Positions 27,606-36,721 are shown, counted from the stretch's first letter. The stretch: DNA of 64,000 nucleotides from a candidate division WWE3 bacterium UBA1401 (GCA_002305115.1 DBQF01000003.1:65338-129337), one strand, 5' to 3'. Program-made: numbers and translations. Notes: a model not told the origin generated them from the letters alone.

Positions 27606-28157
27606 CTAGCTATAAATTCTCGTAAACGTCCATACATCAAATCTAACAGCCACTACATCGGTACTATCGGGAAGATCAAGAAATGAACACGTGAAAGAAG
27701 ATAACAAACCGCTTCTTGCAATCTCTTCCTGAGCATAACCGATACCTCTGACAGCCTGACCAATCGCACCTGCACCTACTGCCTGAACCTCTATGTATCC
27801 AAATTGTTGTAATTTATCAACAATAGTGGCGCGCAATTTGATAGGAGAAGTAAGCCTGCTAACTCTCAAGGGGGGAGCTGGAACAAAGCTTATGGATAAA
27901 ATAACAACTTTCCTCGCATCAGCACTCTCCGTCACACCAAGCGAGGTAGATAGATCGGCACGGACTCTATGTAAAGCCAGAACTTGCCTTAATGACCTCA
28001 TAGCCAAAGCTCTAACAGCTATAGTTACAGCCTCTGCCCCCACTGCCTGCAATACAACAGATATCTGAAAGTGTTCGTTTAAGGCAACCTGAAGGATAGA
28101 CTGAGCTAAGTCGACAACGTGCGTGGACCTACTTACCCGCATCTCAACTATAGTCAT
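27606..28157 (-). CDS. Tandem SpoVS-domain protein
   Basis: It has two SpoVS-like halves. The second contains IEVQAVGAGAIGQAVRGIGYA and the first contains VVLQAVGAEAVTIAVRALAM. Confidence 0.6.
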   Translation of the reverse strand: MTIVEMRVSRSTHVVDLAQSILQVALNEHFQISVVLQAVGAEAVTIAVRALAMRSLRQVLALHRVRADLSTSLGVTESADARKVVILSISFVPAPPLRVSRLTSPIKLRATIVDKLQQFGYIEVQAVGAGAIGQAVRGIGYAQEEIARSGLLSSFTCSFLDLPDSTDVVAVRFDVWTFTRIYS

Positions 28158-28262
28158 ATTGTCTCTCCAAATAACACTACCAATACTATGAAATGTGTAT
28201 CAGAAGTGTGTGTAATTTATTTCCAAATGCCGTAAGAATGTTGTAAAATGCACTCAAACTGT

Positions 28263-28338
28263 GCCCTTGTAGCTCAGCGGATAGAGCAGTTCCCTTCTAA
28301 GGAAAAGGTCGGGGGTTCAATTCCCTCCAAGGGCGCCA
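28263..28338 (+). tRNA. tRNA-Arg(UCU), CCA encoded
   Basis: Acceptor gcccttg/caagggc and anticodon loop ctTCTaa. Confidence 0.9.
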
Positions 28339-28345
28339 GAAACTT

Positions 28346-28726
28346 ATGGAAAATTGTATTTTCTGTAAAATTGCCAATAAAGAAATTCCCGCTTATATCA
28401 TATATGAAGATGAAAATTACATGGCTTTTTTGTCTATAGCCAAAGAGGTTGAAGGCGCAACAGTATTAATTCCCAAAAAGCATTACACAAGCTATTTTGC
28501 TGAAGTAGAAACACAAGTGTTATGCGATTTAATGGAAAGAGCAAAGAAAGTAGCAAGATTATTGGATAGCAAGCTGAAAAATGTTAAGAGAACGATTTTG
28601 AGTATAGAAGGGTTTGAGGTTGATCATTTGCACATTAAGCTTTGGCCCGCGTTTGAAGGGGATAGAAAGGGGAATAGGGCCAGAGATATCGAGGATGTGT
28701 ATAGGCAAATCACACTTGACTGTTAA
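28346..28726 (+). CDS. HIT-family protein
   Basis: It has CIFCKI, IPAYIIYEDE and the histidine triad remnant VDHLHIKLWP. Confidence 0.8.
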   Translation: MENCIFCKIANKEIPAYIIYEDENYMAFLSIAKEVEGATVLIPKKHYTSYFAEVETQVLCDLMERAKKVARLLDSKLKNVKRTILSIEGFEVDHLHIKLWPAFEGDRKGNRARDIEDVYRQITLDC

Positions 28727-28794
28727 GTCAATGGCTTAAGAAGGGTGATCCATAACTATAACAGCTGTATACTATCGGTGTTGTAGGGCACATT

Positions 28795-29490
28795 GTGATA
28801 ATGTATCATGTACCAATGGCCACAAATTCGGAATCTGACCAAGTAAATACTCCAGAAGCTAAGCGGCCTGAAAAACTTTACAGGGCATTCACCATTCACC
28901 CATCGAATCTTACTTTAGAACTTTTCAAAAAACCTCTTCAACAAGGGTCTGGTTTAGATCCAGAAACTAAAACAAGAAGTGATGGAAATGAATCTGGTAT
29001 ATACATGACTACAAATAAATCGATGGCTGATCGCGCGTATGCACATTCTAGCCACTTAATGAAATGTCCTAGATATAACAGCGGACGAGGTATTATGGAC
29101 TTTATCGAACTTCCAAACTGCGGAGTTACAGTAGAAATTGATACAGCAAAACTAGCTATAAGAAAGCCTAAAATAACTCCTGCGTTAACGGGAGTTTACA
29201 ATAACGGTTTTAGCGGGGAGGAGTGGATTGCTGATGATATTCCACCCTCCTCTTATAAGGTTAGCAGATTAACTCTTTCCACACATTCTAACGATCGTGA
29301 CAGACTCGTTGTGGATGTAGAACACCCTGACGAATTGGAACCAGCAATCTCCAAAATTAAGACTGCGTATGAAGAAAAACTGGCAGCTGCTAATAAATTC
29401 GTGGCGTTTTTAAACACTCTGGATGAAAGTCCCAGATTAAACCAATTTTGCATTGAAAAGGCCTGGGAAGCTTACCAAAAAGAAAACTAA
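28795..29490 (+). CDS. Hypothetical protein. A weak ADP-ribosyltransferase-like R / S-T / E pattern is noted in the findings.
   Basis: Complete ORF. In-frame ATGs also occur at 28801 and 28816. Confidence 0.5.
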   Translation: MIMYHVPMATNSESDQVNTPEAKRPEKLYRAFTIHPSNLTLELFKKPLQQGSGLDPETKTRSDGNESGIYMTTNKSMADRAYAHSSHLMKCPRYNSGRGIMDFIELPNCGVTVEIDTAKLAIRKPKITPALTGVYNNGFSGEEWIADDIPPSSYKVSRLTLSTHSNDRDRLVVDVEHPDELEPAISKIKTAYEEKLAAANKFVAFLNTLDESPRLNQFCIEKAWEAYQKEN

Positions 29491-29523
29491 GTAAGTTAAG
29501 TATGGAAACTAAAAAAGGGTTTT

Positions 29524-29611
29524 TGGTGGGCGAGGAGGGACTTGAACCCTCACGGGATTATCTCCCAACGGATTTTAAGTCCGTCGCGTATGCCAATTCC
29601 GCCACTCGCCC
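29524..29611 (-). tRNA. tRNA-Leu(UAA), long variable arm, CCA encoded
   Basis: The reverse complement reads gggcgag...acgga-ctTAAaa-tccgt...ctcgcccacca. Confidence 0.9.
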
Positions 29612-29665
29612 ATGTATTTAAGCATTATATCAACTATTAGATCTCTTACAAGCAATTTTTTACAA

Positions 29666-29680
29666 GAGGGTCGGACCTTT
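29666..29680. promoter_or_regulatory. GGTCNGACC palindrome copy 1 (gagGGTCGGACCttt)
   Basis: I read it directly. Confidence 0.6.
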
Positions 29681-29779
29681 ACTTAACCTAAGCACCACGG
29701 GAAAAACATAGAATGAAGCGGAAAAATAATCACACAATGTTGAAACTAGAAGGGTAAAAACACCGCAGCTACAGTGTTT

Positions 29780-29798
29780 GGAAAGGTCTGACCCTTCC
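29780..29798. promoter_or_regulatory. GGTCNGACC palindrome copy 2 (ggaaaGGTCTGACCcttcc)
   Basis: I read it directly. Confidence 0.6.
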
Positions 29799-29893
29799 AA
29801 ATACTTGCACTAAAGCAAAAACAGCTAACAATCATTCTAAAAATATGAAATTTTCAAGATAACGCAGCAAGAATCGGGCAACTACAATCAAAA

Positions 29894-29910
29894 GAAAGGT
29901 CTGACCCTCC
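29894..29910. promoter_or_regulatory. GGTCNGACC palindrome copy 3 (gaaaGGTCTGACCctcc)
   Basis: I read it directly. Confidence 0.6.
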
Positions 29911-29958
29911 ATCCTCGCCAGCATTCCGTTTTTTTCAACATACCTTTATAATAGACCC

Positions 29959-30966
29959 GTGCCAAAAACAGTCTCACAAGAACAACTTCAAACAGTCATC
30001 AGCAAATTCAATGCAGATATCACCGAGTACGAAATCATTGAAATGGACAAATACCAAGGCTGGAGCTCTACCCACCTATACCTTGTTGTATCAGCGGATA
30101 ACAACTATATACTAAAAGCCAAAACCGAAAACCAGATAGCGGGCTATGATAACGAAGTCAAAATCTGTAACGCCTTAAGACAAATTCACATTCAAACCCG
30201 CTGTCCAATCCTAACCACAGATGGGAAAATCTTTTATAAAGATAAAGACTTTTACTGGTGCCTAATGACCTATATTGCTGGAGGAACTTCACACGTAAAT
30301 GAATACACTGAGACCACTGTTAGCTCCTTGGCCAAATGCATAGAAGAATATATTCGTATATCAAACACTGAAAGCAAGTTAGCTATGCTAGACTTAAAAA
30401 CCCGAGCAGCACAAAAAGACATTCAGGCACTGGATCAATTTATTAAGGAACAGCAAACACTGGAAAAACTAAAAATAGTAAAAGGAGATACCATCAAAGA
30501 AATATATACAGTACTCAAGGGCGGTTTTAAACAAGAACTTGAGCAGATTAAACAAACCTCCTTAATTCACAATGACATAAACCCAAGAAACATATTAATT
30601 GACCACGCTTCCAAGGAAGTAATTAGCTTAATCGACTGGGATCACGGCTGTTATGGGAGAACTCTTAAGGATATCAGTGATGCCGTTGCTATTTTTTATG
30701 ACTACCTTCCCATAACTAAAGCTAACACTTATAAAAAGCAGTTTTATGCCAACTTAACAGCACCTTGGTTTACAACCATGGACCCAGAAACTGTTGAACT
30801 CGCGTTTTTGTTTTATTACACCGTAAGTAAGTGGCGAACCATACTTTTTTATCTGGATTTATTAAAAAAGTATGACAATAAGTATGGGGAAGAAAAACGG
30901 TTTATAAATGAAATGAAGCAAACTTATACAAAATGGGCTGATATTATCATTTCATTTTATAGTTAG
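29959..30966 (+). CDS. APH/choline-kinase-family phosphotransferase (protein-kinase-like fold)
   Basis: It has the Brenner motif LIHNDINPRNILI followed by LIDWDHG. The start is GTG, 6 nt after TATAAT. Confidence 0.8.
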   Translation: MPKTVSQEQLQTVISKFNADITEYEIIEMDKYQGWSSTHLYLVVSADNNYILKAKTENQIAGYDNEVKICNALRQIHIQTRCPILTTDGKIFYKDKDFYWCLMTYIAGGTSHVNEYTETTVSSLAKCIEEYIRISNTESKLAMLDLKTRAAQKDIQALDQFIKEQQTLEKLKIVKGDTIKEIYTVLKGGFKQELEQIKQTSLIHNDINPRNILIDHASKEVISLIDWDHGCYGRTLKDISDAVAIFYDYLPITKANTYKKQFYANLTAPWFTTMDPETVELAFLFYYTVSKWRTILFYLDLLKKYDNKYGEEKRFINEMKQTYTKWADIIISFYS

Positions 30967-31026
30967 TTTTAACTTTTATATCAGTTAGTTATAATTTAAT
31001 AGGAGAGTATATAGAGAGGAGATATT

Positions 31027-31191
31027 GTGGAATTGCTAGAGGCAATTAAAATGGGGTGCCTGGTGGGCGTCCTGTGCCTTACAGCAACATTTCGCTCTAT
31101 TGAACTAACCAAGTGTCTGATCGTTGCATTAATAGTAACAGTACTTACTGCAGCAGTGACATACAGACACTTCAAAATTAGTTCGAAATAA
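31027..31191 (+). CDS. Possible 54-aa two-TM membrane peptide
   Basis: It has a GTG start after gagaggaga. The sequence is VELLEAIKMGCLVGVLCLTATFRSIELTKCLIVALIVTVLTAAVTYRHFKISSK. I prefer it to the antisense 80-aa track ORF. Confidence 0.3.
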   Translation: MELLEAIKMGCLVGVLCLTATFRSIELTKCLIVALIVTVLTAAVTYRHFKISSK

Positions 31192-31262
31192 TTCTTCTTA
31201 ATAGGGCATCTGGGAATTACATTCTTAGATGCTCTCACTTTTACAGTGTTAAAATAGTACTA

Positions 31263-31943
31263 ATGGATAAACCGACTAAACTACTTATTGCTTGCTTATT
31301 CAGCTTGATAGCCTTTGGCGTTTTCTTAAATGTAAGGCAAGAATCAGCGATAGATAATTCCAAAATCCCTGAAAAAGTTGAGACTAATCGCGGCTTTCAA
31401 AGATGGATTACTAACCTAAAAAATAAAGGCTTTGAAGTAGAAGCAGACGAGTTTAGGCTAGTTGAAGAAAACGAGATTTATAACACCAAGTGGATGACTA
31501 TCTATTCTATTGATGAAAAAGGGAAAAAAGAAGAGTTTGACCAAACTTTGGCCGCACATAAAGACATTGAGAGAGTAACATTTTCACCTAGTGAAAGGAT
31601 TTTTATAGACTATAGAAACATCGAAAGAGAGAATTATGCCTACAATGAAGTGCACTTATATGGTCTGAAAGATGACAAGATAATCGATGCAAGAATTTTG
31701 GAATGTTCCATGCGCGCAAATTGCTACTTTGATAGAGCTTATTTTTTGGATAATGATGTGTTTGTTATCTCGGAATTTTCTGAAACACTTGAAAAGAACG
31801 GTGAGGATCCGATTTGTAACGTAGATGAGTTGTGTGAATATTCAATAAAGTTACATGTGATTGATTTGATAAACAATAGCAGGTTAGTGTACGAATCCAA
31901 GCCGTTTGAGATTGTGCTGCAGGATGTTATTCCGGAATTATAA
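31263..31943 (+). CDS. Membrane-anchored hypothetical protein
   Basis: It has an N-terminal TM and several Cys in the C-terminal half. Confidence 0.5.
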   Translation: MDKPTKLLIACLFSLIAFGVFLNVRQESAIDNSKIPEKVETNRGFQRWITNLKNKGFEVEADEFRLVEENEIYNTKWMTIYSIDEKGKKEEFDQTLAAHKDIERVTFSPSERIFIDYRNIERENYAYNEVHLYGLKDDKIIDARILECSMRANCYFDRAYFLDNDVFVISEFSETLEKNGEDPICNVDELCEYSIKLHVIDLINNSRLVYESKPFEIVLQDVIPEL

Positions 31944-31972
31944 AGTGAATAGTGTTAAAATAACGGAGATTT

Positions 31973-32049
31973 CGGGGTGTAGCTCAGTTGGCTAGAGTGC
32001 GCGGTTTGGGACCGTGAGGTCGCAGGTTCGAGTCCTGTCACCCCGACCA
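31973..32049 (+). tRNA. tRNA-Pro(UGG), CCA encoded
   Basis: Acceptor cggggtg/caccccg and anticodon loop ttTGGga. Confidence 0.9.
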
Positions 32050-32132
32050 CTCTTCTTCACTTGACAAGCTTAGGAAAGTTTACATACATTCGCATATTGC
32101 AACAGAAATTGCTGTGTGCTAAGTTATATTAG

Positions 32133-32480
32133 ATGGCCCAAATCAACCCTTCAAAAATCCCATTCCAAGATATAGTTACTAAACTAGATAAACATGAGAA
32201 ATATATAAAGTTAATTCCTGAAATGGCAGTGAAGCTAGATAAGGCTATAGCACAGATAGAAAAGAACAACCAATTGATAATTAGCAACTATCAAAGAACA
32301 GCTAAGCTGGAGATCAAGGTAGACGAAATTGATAAGAGAACTAAGTTTCTTCCTAAACTGTACGATGCAATAGACCTCTTTATGGGAGAGATTAGGGAAA
32401 ATCGGCAGGAAAGGGTTTTTTTGGAAAGACGAGTGGAAAGGTTGGAAGAATCAGTTGGCCTAGACAATCAACCTGTATAG
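32133..32480 (+). CDS. Hypothetical coiled-coil protein
   Basis: Complete ORF with no recognised motif. Confidence 0.45.
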   Translation: MAQINPSKIPFQDIVTKLDKHEKYIKLIPEMAVKLDKAIAQIEKNNQLIISNYQRTAKLEIKVDEIDKRTKFLPKLYDAIDLFMGEIRENRQERVFLERRVERLEESVGLDNQPV

Positions 32481-32527
32481 ACTCTAAAATTATTGCCTGG
32501 AATGTCAACATCCTGTAACATCCACAT

Positions 32528-33166
32528 GTGGATCAGACAGACAAAAACCTCGTTTTTCTATTCGACCTAGACAACACTCTAATTAACAGCGAACAAATTC
32601 TTATCAATCTTAAGGAGGCTCTTCTGATTACAATCGGAAAAGACCAAACCAGGTACTTCTGGAGCGACATTGCACGTATAGGGAATCCGGACAAAGGCAA
32701 GAACATAAACGAAGCTATAACGCAATATTTCCAAAATGACCCCGAAAAGATAGAAAACTTATGGCGGATACTTGCTTTCAGAGCATGTCTTTTTCCAAAC
32801 GTTATTGAAGTACTGGAAAAATTGGGTGCCCTTGGGAAAGTATGTTTATTTACGCAAGGTAATGTAGAATGGCAAAAAGTAAAAGTGAAGTATTCTGGCA
32901 TAAAAAATTCTTTTATAGCGCAGTATATCTACGAAGATAAGTTGGCACATCTTGAGAAAATTGCTAGCACGTACAAAAATCACCGTTTGTACTTTTTTGA
33001 TGATAAGCCAAAGTACTTGCAAAAGATAAAAGCCACACTCCCGCAGACAACTACAGTTTGGGTCAAGCAAGGCAAGCACGCAGAAAATATAACAAAAGTA
33101 ACAGATATTGATTATGCAGTAGACAGAATTGGAGACTTACTAACACTTGAAACTATTCTCAGCTAA
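32528..33166 (+). CDS. HAD-superfamily hydrolase
   Basis: It has motif I FLFDLDNTL and FFDDK near the C-terminus. The start codon is GTG. Confidence 0.7.
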   Translation: MDQTDKNLVFLFDLDNTLINSEQILINLKEALLITIGKDQTRYFWSDIARIGNPDKGKNINEAITQYFQNDPEKIENLWRILAFRACLFPNVIEVLEKLGALGKVCLFTQGNVEWQKVKVKYSGIKNSFIAQYIYEDKLAHLEKIASTYKNHRLYFFDDKPKYLQKIKATLPQTTTVWVKQGKHAENITKVTDIDYAVDRIGDLLTLETILS

Positions 33167-33197
33167 AATTCAGAAAACCTACTATAATGCACCATAG

Positions 33198-33881
33198 ATG
33201 CGCATACTCATAGTAGAAGACGAGCACAAAATTGCCAATTCCATTAAACAAGGCCTGCAACAAGAAGGGTACATTTCAGATGTTGCTTATACAGGAACAG
33301 AAGGTTATGACCTAGCCTCTTCAGAACCGTACGATCTTATCATTCTAGATCTCATGTTGCCGGGGCTGACAGGTTTAGAAATAACAACAAAATTAAGACA
33401 AGCGGAAAATCACATACCCATCCTAATACTGACAGCAAAAAACGAACTGGAAGACAAACTACGTGGCTTTGATTACGGTGCAGATGATTATCTTACAAAA
33501 CCCTTTGCCTTCACCGAACTACTTGCCAGAACTAGAGCCCTACTTAGAAGACCCAAAAATCTATCCTCGGAAGAACTAACATGTTCAGACCTGACAATGA
33601 ATATAAAGACATTTACCGTAACGAGAAATGGCCAAACTATAGACTTATCAAAAACGGAATTTTCGCTCCTAGAGTATCTACTAAGAAACAAGAATACAGT
33701 AATAACAAAGGAAAGATTAATTGAACACGTTTGGAACTATGATGCAGACATTCTTCCAAATACTGTAGAAGTTTATATTGGATATTTACGCTCAAAAATA
33801 GATAAACCCTTCAGACACCAGCCAAGATTAATCAAAACCATAAGGGGTTTTGGTTACAAATTAGAGGAACCTAATGTTTAG
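33198..33881 (+). CDS. OmpR-family response regulator
   Basis: It has a receiver domain (DLIILDLMLPG, LTAK) and a winged-helix domain (IRGFGYKL). Confidence 0.93.
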   Translation: MRILIVEDEHKIANSIKQGLQQEGYISDVAYTGTEGYDLASSEPYDLIILDLMLPGLTGLEITTKLRQAENHIPILILTAKNELEDKLRGFDYGADDYLTKPFAFTELLARTRALLRRPKNLSSEELTCSDLTMNIKTFTVTRNGQTIDLSKTEFSLLEYLLRNKNTVITKERLIEHVWNYDADILPNTVEVYIGYLRSKIDKPFRHQPRLIKTIRGFGYKLEEPNV

Positions 33882-34911
33882 ACAAGCAAGACTTAAACTA
33901 ACCGCTTGGTACGTATTAATTCTGATGGCTGTAACACTCACCTTAAGCAGCATTTTTTATGCAGGCGTTATGCGATCCACAAAACAAGCACTACTGCAGC
34001 ATAATAGGCGAGTAGAACTTAGATTGCGGGAAGTACGCGATATACCGCAACCACTGGCAAAATTCCAAGATGTAATTAACCAGGAAGCTATGCAAGCTGT
34101 ACGTATTTCTACATTAACACTATTAGGTACAATCAACCTTATCATACTGGCATTTGCTAGCAGTCTTAGCTACTTGCTTGCAGGAGTAACACTACAACCT
34201 ATCCAAGCAATGGTGGAAAAGCAAAAGCAGTTTGTAGCAGATGCATCACATGAATTAAAAACACCACTAACAGCAATCAAAACCAATTTGGAAGTTAATC
34301 TTCGCAACAAAACTTTGTCGATAGATCAAGTAAAGGCTATTCTAGCAGATACAGTTAAAGATATAGACGCATTAACCAGTCTTACAAATACCTTGTTAAA
34401 AGAGAGCAGATATAATAGTAGTGTGAAAACAGAGATAGTAAACCTGAAACAATTAACAGAAACCGTAGTAAAAAAATACAAAGTGCTTGCTAAAGAACAC
34501 AATATAAAATTGGAAACAGATGTGCAGGATATAACGGCTAAAGCAGATAAGGCTTCTGTTGAAGAATTGATAGCTATTTTGATTGACAATGCTATTAAAT
34601 TCAACAAAGAAAACGGAAAAGTGCAAATTAGAGTGTTTATGGAAAATAAAAATGCAGTAATAGAAGTTTCGGACACAGGAATAGGCATCGATGAGAAAAG
34701 TCTACCTTATATTTTCGACAGATTTTTTAAAGCTGATACTGCAAGAACAAAACAAAATCATGACGGGTTTGGGCTAGGGTTGTCTATTGCAAAAGAGATT
34801 GTAGAAATTAACAAAGGAAGCATTGAAGTGACAAGCAAACTTGGCGAAAGTACTACGTTTACAGTAAAACTACCCGCAGACTCTAAGCAACCTCTCAGCA
34901 AACTTCAGTAA
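33874..34911 (+). CDS. Sensor histidine kinase (HisKA + HATPase_c)
   Basis: It has the H-box FVADASHELKTPL, the N-box LIDNAIKF and the G-boxes DTGIGI / GFGLGLSI. It has 2 TM segments. Confidence 0.93.
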   Translation: MFRQARLKLTAWYVLILMAVTLTLSSIFYAGVMRSTKQALLQHNRRVELRLREVRDIPQPLAKFQDVINQEAMQAVRISTLTLLGTINLIILAFASSLSYLLAGVTLQPIQAMVEKQKQFVADASHELKTPLTAIKTNLEVNLRNKTLSIDQVKAILADTVKDIDALTSLTNTLLKESRYNSSVKTEIVNLKQLTETVVKKYKVLAKEHNIKLETDVQDITAKADKASVEELIAILIDNAIKFNKENGKVQIRVFMENKNAVIEVSDTGIGIDEKSLPYIFDRFFKADTARTKQNHDGFGLGLSIAKEIVEINKGSIEVTSKLGESTTFTVKLPADSKQPLSKLQ

Positions 34912-34952
34912 AGTAACACCATCATAAAATTTCTACCAGGAGGTGAAACCTA

Positions 34953-35381
34953 ATGTTTAAAAAGACTCTAGTAATTGTGGCAATCACAGCTTTAGCTGGC
35001 TTAAGTATTGCAAGCGTGTCAAAAGTCTATGCTCAAGAAAGCAGTACTAACGTACCTTGGGGCATGCAAGGAATTGCCAAAAAATTCAACCTTGATGAGA
35101 ACGAAGTAGCTCAATATATGCAAGAACAAAGGGCTGCAAGGCAGCAACAGATGCGCACAAACATGGAAGAAAAACTTAACGAAGCCGTTGAAAGCGGAAA
35201 ACTAACACAAGAGCAGAAAACCAAGCTCTTGGACAAAATAGAGGAACACGAGCAAGAAAGACAAAGCCACAGAACAGAGATGCAAGCATGGGCGGAGGAA
35301 AACGGAATAGATATGCAGGAACTTGGCCTGTGCAGGCAAGGGGGTGGCCGCGGATACAACAGAAATAGACTAGCAGAATAA
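34953..35381 (+). CDS. Secreted helical protein, unknown (Spy/CpxP- or DUF2680-like composition)
   Basis: It has a signal peptide ...KVYAQE, an SD aggaggtg and its own terminator. Confidence 0.5.
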   Translation: MFKKTLVIVAITALAGLSIASVSKVYAQESSTNVPWGMQGIAKKFNLDENEVAQYMQEQRAARQQQMRTNMEEKLNEAVESGKLTQEQKTKLLDKIEEHEQERQSHRTEMQAWAEENGIDMQELGLCRQGGGRGYNRNRLAE

Positions 35382-35407
35382 GAAATAACCGCACAACTAG
35401 TATAAAA

Positions 35408-35433
35408 AGGCCCTGGAAACAGGGCCTTTTTTG
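35408..35433 (+). terminator. Rho-independent terminator
   Basis: The hairpin is aggccctg-gaaa-cagggcct, followed by tttttt. Confidence 0.8.
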
Positions 35434-35485
35434 TACCTAAAGCGATTCTCAGGTACCTCTCAGGTTCATTAGTTAAGTTATAGAA

Positions 35486-36721
35486 ATGAAGAAGCTAATA
35501 CTAACCCTAACGAAACGTAAATTACCAATAATTCTTATGATCATAGCTTTGGTAGGCATGGGCATCGCATATAATGTTAAGAGTAAAACCTCTGTGGCAC
35601 AAAGCCAAACAAGGAATACCATGATAGCTACTGTTGAAAAAGGCACTATTAGGGAATCTATATCTGCTTCAGGCCAAGTTGAAACCGCTAACTATCTTCC
35701 CATAACTACTAGTGTGAACGGCATTGTGGAAGAAGTTTATGTTAGTGAAGGAGACGAAGTAACTAAAGGCCAAAATATAATGAGAATAAAATTAAACTCT
35801 GATGGTGAAGAAAGCCTGGCACAAGCATGGAGTTCATATCTATCGGCACAAGCTGGTGTAACAAAAGCCAAAAATGATTTACTAGCAAAAGAATCAGCAA
35901 AACTACAAGCAGAAGAGGATTTCCAAGCAGAAAAAGAACGTAATAGCTACCAAACCCACGATGAGAGACTCGCCTATAAACTAGCCGAAAATGAGTATAA
36001 ACAAGCTGTTGCAGCCTACGATGACCAGCAAAATACGATAAAACAAGCAGAAGCAGCTGTGAGCAAAGCCTGGTACGCTTATCAGGCACAATCACCAATA
36101 GTAGTAGCACCGGATAGCGGCACCATAGCAAATATTCTAGTAGTAGAAGGCATGGACATCTCCAATTCGCTTTCGGAAAAAACTTCGGCGTCTGTTGCTT
36201 CTATAAAAAAAGAGGGTACACCAATAGCGTCACTTAATGTTAATGAACTAGACATAAATAGCGTTAAAGTGGGCCAGAAAGTTTATGTTAGTTTAAGCAG
36301 TGTGGAGAATACTATGTTTATTGGAACAGTTGTAGGCATAGACAAGATAGGCACCAGCCAAAGTGGCGTTGCTAACTACCCGGTAATAGTAAAATTCGAT
36401 GACGATTCAGAACAAGTGTTGCCAAACATGGGAGTGGAAGCGGAAATAATTGTGCAGGAAAAAGCCGACATATTATACATACCAACCGCTGCGTTACAAA
36501 CCAGGAACAGGAAAACACTTGTGACCACAAGCGACAATAGACAAGTAGAAGTGACAACAGGCATATCAGATGGCCAAAACACTGAAGTGCTTTCAGGGCT
36601 TGCCGAAGGCGATAGCGTAATGGTTGAAGCATTGCCTACAACAGGGTTTACTGAAGCACAAAACCAAACCCAACAAAGAAGACCGGACTTTGGTGGCCCA
36701 GGGGGCATGATAGTAAGATAA
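35486..36721 (+). CDS. Efflux periplasmic adaptor (HlyD/MacA-like)
   Basis: It has an N-terminal TM, a lipoyl-like GDEVTKGQNIMRI and a long coiled-coil hairpin. Confidence 0.8.
   Translation: MKKLILTLTKRKLPIILMIIALVGMGIAYNVKSKTSVAQSQTRNTMIATVEKGTIRESISASGQVETANYLPITTSVNGIVEEVYVSEGDEVTKGQNIMRIKLNSDGEESLAQAWSSYLSAQAGVTKAKNDLLAKESAKLQAEEDFQAEKERNSYQTHDERLAYKLAENEYKQAVAAYDDQQNTIKQAEAAVSKAWYAYQAQSPIVVAPDSGTIANILVVEGMDISNSLSEKTSASVASIKKEGTPIASLNVNELDINSVKVGQKVYVSLSSVENTMFIGTVVGIDKIGTSQSGVANYPVIVKFDDDSEQVLPNMGVEAEIIVQEKADILYIPTAALQTRNRKTLVTTSDNRQVEVTTGISDGQNTEVLSGLAEGDSVMVEALPTTGFTEAQNQTQQRRPDFGGPGGMIVR

Noticed and set aside
29780-29910. Resemblance of GGAAAGGTCTGACCC to the RNase P RNA P4 motif GAGGAAAGUCCGG
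   Set aside because: There is one extra G. The motif is palindromic and repeated 7 times in different spacers. No other RNase P conserved regions are present.
30996-31238. 80-aa minus-strand ORF
   Set aside because: It has no SD and a non-protein-like composition. A plus-strand 54-aa two-TM ORF with an SD fits better, though that ORF is itself of low confidence.
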